Shown piece by piece: positions 45,642 through 52,236 of a stretch of 52,236 nucleotides of DNA. The position numbers and the translations under genes were made by a program. The DNA is from Candidatus Dormiibacterota bacterium (GTDB taxonomy: Bacteria; Chloroflexota; Dormibacteria; Aeolococcales; Aeolococcaceae), in contig JBAPOS010000134.1 of NCBI GenBank assembly GCA_049279755.1, positions 1-52,236 on the forward strand, read 5' to 3'. How positions within the stretch are numbered: the stretch's first letter is position 1; each line of letters starts with the position of its first letter. The notes below the pieces were generated by a model. The model saw nothing but the letters and a program-made list of their open reading frames with translations, was not told the DNA's origin and searched no databases.

Positions 45642-47237
45642 ATGAGTGGCGAAACCGTGGTCACGACGCCAGACGCGGGTGACGCAGACGCCGCCCAGCT
45701 GGCGAAGTTCGGGTACGGACAGGAGTTGCGCCGCGTCCTCAACCTGTTCGAGAACTTCGCCGTCGCCTTCTGCTACATCTCGCCGGTCGTCGGGATCTAT
45801 TCGCTGTTCGTGCTCGGCGTCGGCACCGGGGGACCGCAGTACATCTGGCTGCTCCCGGTCGTTGTGCTCGGTCAGCTCTTCGTGGCGCTCGTCTTTGCCG
45901 AGCTGGGGAGCCACTACCCGATAGCTGGCGCCCTGTTCCAGTGGGGCAAGAACCTCATCGGCCCGAACTACGGCTGGTGGGTGGGATGGATGTACGGCTG
46001 GGCGCTGATCATGACGGTCGCCTCCGTCGACACCGGACTCATCATCTACGCGGGGCCGCTCATCAACAACATCTTCCACACCAACATCAACCCCGCGGAT
46101 CCGAATCAGATCCTCATCGGCACCGTGCTGCTCATCATCGTCCAGCTGGCATTCAACGTCGGCGGTGTCAACTTCCTTGGGCGCATCTCCCAGATCGGTG
46201 TCTACTTCGAGATCATCGGCACCTTCGGCATCGCCATCATGCTGGCGATCGCTGGGTTCCACCACGGTCTCGACTATCTGTTCACCTCACAGGGCGCCGA
46301 GAACGCGGCGACGAGTCCACTCGGCGTCGACTTCGGCGGGAACTGGTTGCTGGGCGCGGCCTTCGTCGCCATCCTGGCGCACGTGTACATCTTCTATGGC
46401 TTCGAGTCCGCGGGAGACGTTGCCGAGGAGGTGGTTCAGGCGTCGAAGCGCGTACCGCGAGCGATCATCTCGTCGCTCCTCACGGCGGGAGTCACGAGCT
46501 TCGTGCTGGTCGGCGCACTGCTGCTCGCCATCCCCGCGGGGGCGAAGGGGCTCAGCAACACGGTGGCCGGCGGCGTGCCGTTCCTCATCAGCTCGAACGT
46601 CTCCAGCACCGTGATCCAGGACCTCGCGCTGTTTGTCGTCTGCTTCGCCTTCTTCAGTTGCGGGCTGGCAATCCAGGCAGCGGCGGCCCGGCTCATCTAC
46701 TCGTACAGCCGCGATGGCGCGCTGCCGGCAAGCCGCAGCCTGTCGCGGGTATCGCCACGATTTCGCACTCCCGTGAACGCGCTCCTGGTGGCGGCGATCA
46801 TTCCCGTGCTCTTCGCGGCGCTCGCGCGCTTCACCCCGTCAACCCCCATCGTGATCGGGTTCATCACCATCCCGGCAAAGGTGAATGCGCTCTTCCTGCT
46901 CGTCTCGTTCGCCGTGTCGGGGATCTACCTCTCCTTCCTCCTCGTCGTGGTCGCAGCGCTCATCGCTCGCCTGCGCGGATGGAAGGCTCAGGGTGCCTTC
47001 CGGCTCGGTGCATGGGGGCTTCCGGTGATGGTGCTCGGATGCGTGTGGCTCGTGGCAATGCTGGTGAACATCCTCATCCCTTCGGGGATCGCGAGCCCGA
47101 GAGGAGCACTCTTCAACTACGACTGGATCACGCTCGTCATCGTGGTGATCATCGTCGCCCTCGGTGCCATTTACACGGTTCTCGCGCGTCCTGCTCGGCG
47201 TATCGCACGGTCCGCTCCCACGAGCACAAGCCCGTAG
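45642..47237 (+). CDS. APC-superfamily amino acid/polyamine permease
   Basis: In-frame ATG 45642 follows GAGGAGG. About 12 TM segments with FENFAVAFCYISPVVG and GFESAGDVAEE motifs. Confidence 0.85.
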   Translation: MSGETVVTTPDAGDADAAQLAKFGYGQELRRVLNLFENFAVAFCYISPVVGIYSLFVLGVGTGGPQYIWLLPVVVLGQLFVALVFAELGSHYPIAGALFQWGKNLIGPNYGWWVGWMYGWALIMTVASVDTGLIIYAGPLINNIFHTNINPADPNQILIGTVLLIIVQLAFNVGGVNFLGRISQIGVYFEIIGTFGIAIMLAIAGFHHGLDYLFTSQGAENAATSPLGVDFGGNWLLGAAFVAILAHVYIFYGFESAGDVAEEVVQASKRVPRAIISSLLTAGVTSFVLVGALLLAIPAGAKGLSNTVAGGVPFLISSNVSSTVIQDLALFVVCFAFFSCGLAIQAAAARLIYSYSRDGALPASRSLSRVSPRFRTPVNALLVAAIIPVLFAALARFTPSTPIVIGFITIPAKVNALFLLVSFAVSGIYLSFLLVVVAALIARLRGWKAQGAFRLGAWGLPVMVLGCVWLVAMLVNILIPSGIASPRGALFNYDWITLVIVVIIVALGAIYTVLARPARRIARSAPTSTSP

Positions 47238-47263
47238 TCGCTGCGCGCGCAGCTCCGAGAGCC

Positions 47264-49741
47264 TCAGGCAATCGCCTCCTGCACCGACGGCGTCGAGCTG
47301 ATCACGGAGAGCTTCACCTGATCCCGGCCACCGCGCTTGGCCTGATACATGGCGATGTCAGCGGCTCGGACGAGATCCTCGAGACGCGACCCCTGCTCCG
47401 GGAAGCTGGCGATCCCGATCGATGCGGTCACGTGGTCGATTCCCGTGCAGGCGGCCGGAATCGGGACGTCGCGCAGCGCTCGCCGAAGGTCGCCCGCGAC
47501 GCGTTCAGCGCCCGACGACTCGGCATCTCTGAGCACGAGGATGAACTCCTCGCCACCAAGACGCACCGCGGCATCTCCGGCACGGGTGATGCGCCGCAAC
47601 TCGGTTGCGACACGCTGGAGGACGGCGTCGCCGGCCGCGTGACCACCGCTGTCGTTGATGCTCTTGAAATGATCGAGGTCCACCAGGACCACGCTCAACG
47701 GCATGCCCCGACGCCGGGAGTCGGCGAGCTCGAGCTCACCCGCCTCGCGGAGCCAGCGGCTGTTGTACAGGCCGGTGAGACCGTCCGTCGTCGCGCGTCG
47801 CGCGAGCTCCTGGTACAGCTGGGCGTTGTGCCACGCCATCGCCGCCGTGTGCCCGAACAGCGTGGCCGTCTCGAGGTCCTCATCGGTGAAGCGGTTGAGA
47901 CCCATGCGCCTGCAGTTGAGCATGCCGAGCTTGTGGTCGCCGGCCATGAGCGGGATCAGCAGCAGGGATTCGTGTTCGAACGGCGTGTTCGGCACGGCGG
48001 CTGCCGCCGGGTGCGCGCCCGCATTGCCGAGATTCTGCGGTGTCCCCAGCGCAAACGCCCAGCCGTTGACACCGACGGAGAGCGAGAACACGTCGGCCAT
48101 GATCTCCGCGGCTTGGCGTCCGGTGGCGAACGCCGCGACGAAACGATGGTGGTTGTGGTCAGCCTCGTAGATCGACAGGTCGTCGACCGGGACGACGCGT
48201 TGCAGCTGCTCGGCGATTGCCGCGAGGATGCGCTGCGGATCATGCTCCGCCTGCAGCGCGAGCGCCGCGCGGCTCAGCGCGTGGGGGAGGCTCTCCGGCA
48301 CCGGCAGTGCGGGGTGTGGCCGCCGCTGCGGCGCTTCGTGACTCGGTGCCGCGGGCTCGACCGACGCCGGGAAGCACTCCACTCGGCGGCCCGCAAACCA
48401 CGCGGGCTGCACGAGGGTCGCGCCCTGGACCGCCGGCTCACCGAGGATCACGGGCTCGCAGAGCACGTTGCCCTGTCCGAATTGCACCCCGAGATCCATG
48501 AGGCAACGCAGGTCCGACTCGGTCTCAATCCCCTCGGCGATGATGCGCGCGTCGATGTGCGTGCCGAACGAGAGCATCGACACCACCAGGGCGCGTCGTG
48601 AATCGCTGGAGTGCACTCCCCGGATCAGGTCGCGATCGATCTTGATGAAGTCAGGGCGCACCTCGGCGATGACGAGCATGCTTGCGTGCCCGGCGCCCGC
48701 GTCGTCGATGGCGATCCGGAACCCCCGGGCGCGGAGGTCGGCCACCACGCGACGGAGGCGGGCGACGTTGGGCACCGGCACACGCTCGCTCACCTCGAGA
48801 ACGATGTGCTCGGGGAGCACCCCGGCGGCCTCTGCGAACTGAGCCAGACGCACCGCAGCGTTTGGCTGCGAGAGCGTTGACAGCATCACGTTGAGGAACA
48901 GGGTGGCGGGCATGGTGTGGACGCTCCCCTCGAGGCCCGCACGGATGCATGCCTCGTCGAGGTCCTTCTCCAGCGCGCCACCCGCGGCGTCGAAGAGCGC
49001 GCTCGGCACCTGCGGGCCCGCGCCGGGATTGATGCGGCAGAGCGACTCGTACCCCAGGGTGACCCCGTCGAGCAGTCGAATGATCGGCTGCATGGCAGGA
49101 CGGATGCCGCCGGACTCGATCAGTCCGCGGATGAGGTCGGGCATGGTTCCGGGGACGTCCGCGGAAACCGGCTCCGGGACAACACCGCCACCGAGGCGCC
49201 GCCAGGCGGGTCCGAGCTGTGCGGCGACCACCTGCAGGAAGGGCAGCGAGTCGATGCTCACCTGATCGGTCCGCCAGGTGACGAGCACGCCGAGCAGGTC
49301 GTCGCCTCGCTCCACCGGCACCGCTGTGAAGGGTCCATCGCCGATCTCACGACGCAGCGCCGCCCGTTCAGCGGCCGAGAGGTGTGGTACGAGGCTCATG
49401 AACGACGTTGAGAGGTCCGGACTGGTGGCCGGCGCTCGCCGGGTGGCGGCCGCATGGACGCACGGGATCGCGCTGGTGCGCAGGTGCAGGCTGGTCAGCG
49501 GCTGCCCCAGGATGGTCTCGACGCGGGCGATCGACTCGGTCTCGATCGAATCCGCAAGCAGCCTGATCCGATCCCCCTCGAGCTCGGCGAGATAGCTTCG
49601 GAACCCGAGGTCGCGGAGGCAGCCGCCGGTCAACTCGAGCAGCTCGTCCCTCGACTCTGCCCGCGCGATGCTCCGGCTCAGCTGGGACAGCGTGCGCAAC
49701 GCTCGCCGCGACGAGTAGGCGTGAACCTTCTCCAGTTGCAT
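47264..49741 (-). CDS. GAF - EAL - GAF - GGDEF c-di-GMP turnover protein (both catalytic motifs intact)
   Basis: ORF 47264..49861. ATG 49741 (MQLEKVH...) is preferred because the upstream 40 codons are Arg-rich and contain a non-triplet tandem repeat. EAL residues: YESLCRIN, EVSER, IDDAGAG, KIDRD, EGIETE, GQG. GGEEF with an RxxD I-site (RAGD). Confidence 0.8.
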   Translation of the reverse strand: MQLEKVHAYSSRRALRTLSQLSRSIARAESRDELLELTGGCLRDLGFRSYLAELEGDRIRLLADSIETESIARVETILGQPLTSLHLRTSAIPCVHAAATRRAPATSPDLSTSFMSLVPHLSAAERAALRREIGDGPFTAVPVERGDDLLGVLVTWRTDQVSIDSLPFLQVVAAQLGPAWRRLGGGVVPEPVSADVPGTMPDLIRGLIESGGIRPAMQPIIRLLDGVTLGYESLCRINPGAGPQVPSALFDAAGGALEKDLDEACIRAGLEGSVHTMPATLFLNVMLSTLSQPNAAVRLAQFAEAAGVLPEHIVLEVSERVPVPNVARLRRVVADLRARGFRIAIDDAGAGHASMLVIAEVRPDFIKIDRDLIRGVHSSDSRRALVVSMLSFGTHIDARIIAEGIETESDLRCLMDLGVQFGQGNVLCEPVILGEPAVQGATLVQPAWFAGRRVECFPASVEPAAPSHEAPQRRPHPALPVPESLPHALSRAALALQAEHDPQRILAAIAEQLQRVVPVDDLSIYEADHNHHRFVAAFATGRQAAEIMADVFSLSVGVNGWAFALGTPQNLGNAGAHPAAAAVPNTPFEHESLLLIPLMAGDHKLGMLNCRRMGLNRFTDEDLETATLFGHTAAMAWHNAQLYQELARRATTDGLTGLYNSRWLREAGELELADSRRRGMPLSVVLVDLDHFKSINDSGGHAAGDAVLQRVATELRRITRAGDAAVRLGGEEFILVLRDAESSGAERVAGDLRRALRDVPIPAACTGIDHVTASIGIASFPEQGSRLEDLVRAADIAMYQAKRGGRDQVKLSVISSTPSVQEAIA

Positions 49742-49807
49742 TTCGTCGCAGGATCGGATGCGCCGCCAGCGGAGCCGATGACGAGGTTGTCGCAGGCCAC
49801 CATCAAT

Positions 49808-49835
49808 GGGTGTCCGAGTTGGGGTGTCCGAGTTG
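49808..49835. repeat. Perfect tandem direct repeat, 2 x 14 bp (GGGTGTCCGAGTTG)
   Basis: Read directly: 49808-49821 is identical to 49822-49835. It lies upstream of the preferred start of the minus-strand EAL/GGDEF gene. Confidence 0.9.
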
Positions 49836-49980
49836 TGGAACCACCCCATGTGCGAACTCAAGCAGCCGTTACAGCGCCTCGCGTTACTACCCCGTCACCG
49901 CTTGGGATGGCGATGCGTCGCAGTGGTCTTAAGACAATGGCTTCACCGTCAAAGGGGGCACTGTCCCGAGGAGGATTGTC

Positions 49981-50115
49981 ATGGGTAGGCTCAACCGCTG
50001 GGTCAGGCTGGGGGTTGTCATCGTGGTCGCGAGTCTCTCGCTGGGGACCGCGACGATCGCCGCGTCGGCATCGACATCGAGCACGACCCCGTTACCGCAG
50101 GTGCACGTGCACTAA
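49981..50115 (+). CDS. Small secreted-peptide candidate (44 aa), below the ORF-track cutoff
   Basis: GAGGAGG (49968-49974) lies 6 nt before ATG 49981. Hand translation: MGRLNRWVRLGVVIVVASLSLGTATIAASASTSSTTPLPQVHVH, stop TAA 50113-50115. It has a Sec-type n-h-c signal with an ASA motif and no lipobox Cys. Confidence 0.45.
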   Translation: MGRLNRWVRLGVVIVVASLSLGTATIAASASTSSTTPLPQVHVH

Positions 50116-50370
50116 GAGCCGAGTCGAACGAAGGGGTATCGCCGCTGAACCGCGAGCGCCCCAGGTGAAATCGGAGCGAGTGGTGGACGCCGTCGACACG
50201 CCGGCCGACAGGCGTCCCGCTCCTCCGTTGGACGGGAACCGAGCGCTGGGGTGTCCCGGGATGGTCGAGTATTGCGGAGCGCCGGCGGATCGGCGACACA
50301 GATTTGTCGGACGCTCGGTGCGAAGGTGTGACGTGGAGTACGGGGGAACGGTGCCGATCAGAGAACCAAT

Positions 50371-52230
50371 GTGGGAGACAGCTTGAAATCCGCAGTCATG
50401 GGCAGCGCAGGAACCGGCCGGGCCGTGAAGCCGGTGGGGCCGGGAGTGGCGTTGCAACCGGTGATCGACCTCATCGACCGCGTCGACCTGGGGTATGAGG
50501 CGCTGCCGCGCCCGCTGGGCTCCACGCCCGACGCGGTGATCGCAGCGGCCCTGAAGCTCGCCCAGCACACCGGTCCGGCGGTCCTGCTGATCCCGCTTCA
50601 CCGCGACGTGATCACGGCGAAGGACTTTGATCTCGCGTCGCTGGCGCGGCGCCACGCTGTGAATCCCGGTGAGCTTGCCTGGATCGTCCAGAACGAGACC
50701 GAGGCCGGCCTCGACGATGCAGGCCTTCGCCGTCTCCACGCACTTCGCGACCTCGGGTTCCTGCTGGCGGTTGACGGCGTGCTCTCGCCGATCCTCGGCC
50801 AGAGGCTGATCGCTGATCTCCGACCCGACTTCGTCTTCCTCGACGAGTCGGTGCCGGCCCGGCTGCACGAGAATGAAGTGGCAAAAGCCCACCTTGCCGC
50901 GGCCGTGGTGTACGTCGCCCGGCTGGGCGGCCGGATCGTTGCGCGCGGCATCGACACGAAGGCAACGGCCACCGCCATGGCCGAGCTTGGCGTCCAGTAC
51001 GGGGTCGGTCCCCACCTGGCCCACCCGCTGGTCGTTGATGCCGAGTTCGCCGAGTCCATGGATGAGGTGATCCCGGTCGCGTGGTTCCAGCGCCGCGAGG
51101 TCCGGGTCTTCCGAGAACGTGGCGACACGCTGAGCGCACCGATCGAGATGACGGCGCTTCCGCTGCCTGGGGCCACCGCCCTCGACGATCGGAGCTTCGC
51201 CCGGTTCCTGGTTGACGCCGCCCGAACCCTGCAGGCGGAGCACGATCCCGAGCGGATTCTCGAGATCGCCGCCGAGCGGCTTGGCCAGGTGATGGCGTTC
51301 GATCGGCTCGCGATCTTCGAGGCGGACTGGGAGCGTCACCGCTTCCGGCCGCGTGTCCTCGCCGGTCCCGGCACCGAGGGGTTCCTCGCGATGGAGGTGA
51401 CCTTGAACGACGGCATCACCGGGTGGGCGTTTGGGCGCGGTCAGCCGTACCGATGCGGCGACACCGACTCGCACCCCGCCGCGTCCACCATCCCCGGCAC
51501 AGCGCGCGAGCCCGAGTCGCTGATCGCGATTCCGCTGGTTGCCGGTGACCAGCGCCTCGGTGTCCTCGACGTCTGGCGCGACAGCCTGGACGCCTTCACC
51601 GAGGAGGACCTCGAGCGCTGCGCGTTGCTCGGGTTCATCACGGCGGCGGCGTGGAGCAATGCCCAGATGTACGGCGAGCTGGAGCGACGTGCCCTGACCG
51701 ATGCGCTGACCGGGCTGTTCAACATTCGCTGGTGGCGGGACATGGGCCCGCGGGTCATGGCCCAGAGCCTGCGCACCGGGGCCGGCGTCGGCATCCTCCT
51801 CATGGACCTCGACCACTTCAAGCAGGTCAACGACAGTGCCGGTCACGCCGCCGGTGACTCGGTGTTGCGTGCGGTTGCGCGCGCCATCCGTCGAGTGGTG
51901 CGTGACAGCGACTACGCGGTGCGCTACGGCGGTGAGGAATTCCTCATCGTGCTGACCAACTCGACGGTCGAGGGCGCGATGCGCGTGGCTCAGGCGCTGC
52001 AGAGCGCAGTCGCTGAGCTGCGGGCTCCCACATCGGAGATCGAGCGGGTCACGGCATCGATCGGTGTCGCGGTCTTCCCCGACCACGGCCTGGAGCTCGA
52101 CGATGTTGTCACGGCGGCGGACCTCGCCATGTACCAGGCCAAGCGCGATGGCCGAGATCGCATTGCGGTCGCGCCCATCTCGATGCGCGAACTGTCGGGC
52201 GACGATCTGTCAGGCGACGGGCTTCCCTGA
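50371..52230 (+). CDS. Degenerate-EAL - GAF - GGDEF protein (paralog of 47264..49741)
   Basis: GTG 50371, or in-frame ATG 50398. The GAF and GGDEF regions align by eye with the divergent neighbour (LQAEHDPERIL.. versus LQAEHDPQRIL..). GGEEF and RxxD (RDSD) are intact. The EAL domain retains YEAL but has lost several catalytic positions. Confidence 0.8.
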   Translation: MGDSLKSAVMGSAGTGRAVKPVGPGVALQPVIDLIDRVDLGYEALPRPLGSTPDAVIAAALKLAQHTGPAVLLIPLHRDVITAKDFDLASLARRHAVNPGELAWIVQNETEAGLDDAGLRRLHALRDLGFLLAVDGVLSPILGQRLIADLRPDFVFLDESVPARLHENEVAKAHLAAAVVYVARLGGRIVARGIDTKATATAMAELGVQYGVGPHLAHPLVVDAEFAESMDEVIPVAWFQRREVRVFRERGDTLSAPIEMTALPLPGATALDDRSFARFLVDAARTLQAEHDPERILEIAAERLGQVMAFDRLAIFEADWERHRFRPRVLAGPGTEGFLAMEVTLNDGITGWAFGRGQPYRCGDTDSHPAASTIPGTAREPESLIAIPLVAGDQRLGVLDVWRDSLDAFTEEDLERCALLGFITAAAWSNAQMYGELERRALTDALTGLFNIRWWRDMGPRVMAQSLRTGAGVGILLMDLDHFKQVNDSAGHAAGDSVLRAVARAIRRVVRDSDYAVRYGGEEFLIVLTNSTVEGAMRVAQALQSAVAELRAPTSEIERVTASIGVAVFPDHGLELDDVVTAADLAMYQAKRDGRDRIAVAPISMRELSGDDLSGDGLP

Positions 52231-52236
52231 GGGAGC

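Noticed and set aside
45941-48601. 886-aa plus-strand ORF spanning the permease gene and the antisense of the EAL/GGDEF gene
   Set aside because: It is out of frame with the well-supported permease and antisense to a motif-rich gene. Its composition is extremely Arg-rich.
50345-50353. Possible third copy of the 21-nt element (GGAACGGTG upstream of GTG 50371)
   Set aside because: Only 9 of 21 nt match, and on the other strand relative to its gene. A 9-mer match is expected by chance at about this frequency in 2 x 52 kb.
49454-50386. 310-aa plus-strand ORF running across the 49.7-50.4 kb intergenic region
   Set aside because: It is antisense to the N-terminus of the minus-strand gene, is Arg/Pro-rich and has no SD. 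It is out of frame with, and runs across, the much better supported small ORF at 49981.
50092-52086. 664-aa minus-strand ORF opposite the degenerate-EAL/GAF/GGDEF gene
   Set aside because: The plus-strand frame carries GAF and GGEEF motifs. The minus frame is low-complexity and Arg/Gly/Asp-rich.

Overview
High-GC, actinobacterium-like chromosomal segment (GC judged by eye, taxon not determinable). It is densely coding, with about 55 protein genes. I recognised no rRNA, tRNA, CRISPR array, transposase, integrase or phage genes. All family calls rest on reading motifs in the translations; no database search was possible.

Layout:
(i) 1-7.6 kb: the 5' part of a group-3b-type [NiFe]-hydrogenase operon on the minus strand, with the small subunit cut by the window edge. 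It is divergent from a 2-oxoacid:ferredoxin oxidoreductase operon (gamma, alpha, beta) that has no free delta subunit and ends in a PorD/GltD/ferredoxin fusion.
(ii) 7.8-22.6 kb: GAPDH, universal stress proteins, aldehyde dehydrogenase plus DUF779, a GGDEF cyclase, a hemerythrin-like protein, a PNPOx-like protein, a DosR-like LuxR response regulator, a DosS-like double-GAF kinase and a GNAT/ADP-forming acyl-CoA-synthetase fusion. Together this looks like a hypoxia/redox island.
(iii) 22.7-28.7 kb: envelope or secreted proteins (PKD-domain protein, membrane-anchored six-blade Kelch-like protein), a PHP protein and a dehydrogenase.
(iv) 28.8-36.4 kb: a 49-codon ORF plus a split cytochrome b6/subunit-IV-like pair without Rieske or cytochrome c; an OmpR-type two-component system; and a tightly coupled minus-strand operon (small exported protein, ferric-reductase-like di-heme membrane protein, NuoF-like flavoprotein, ferredoxin). 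An identical 21-nt element sits 22-23 nt upstream of two minus-strand genes that bracket this region.
(v) 36.4-47.2 kb: a divergent GT87 / GT-C glycosyltransferase pair, a Zn-ADH coupled to an S9 peptidase, an EamA transporter, an ABC-2 exporter with TetR, and an APC permease.
(vi) 47.3-52.2 kb: two divergent paralogous EAL-GAF-GGDEF genes, one with a degenerate EAL domain. Between them lie a perfect 14-bp tandem repeat and an unannotated 44-codon signal-peptide ORF with a strong Shine-Dalgarno.

The most unusual items are the 21-nt twin element and its electron-transfer neighbourhood, the delta-less oxidoreductase with a PorD-GltD fusion, the orphan split cytochrome b module, and the small secreted-peptide ORF between the c-di-GMP paralogs.
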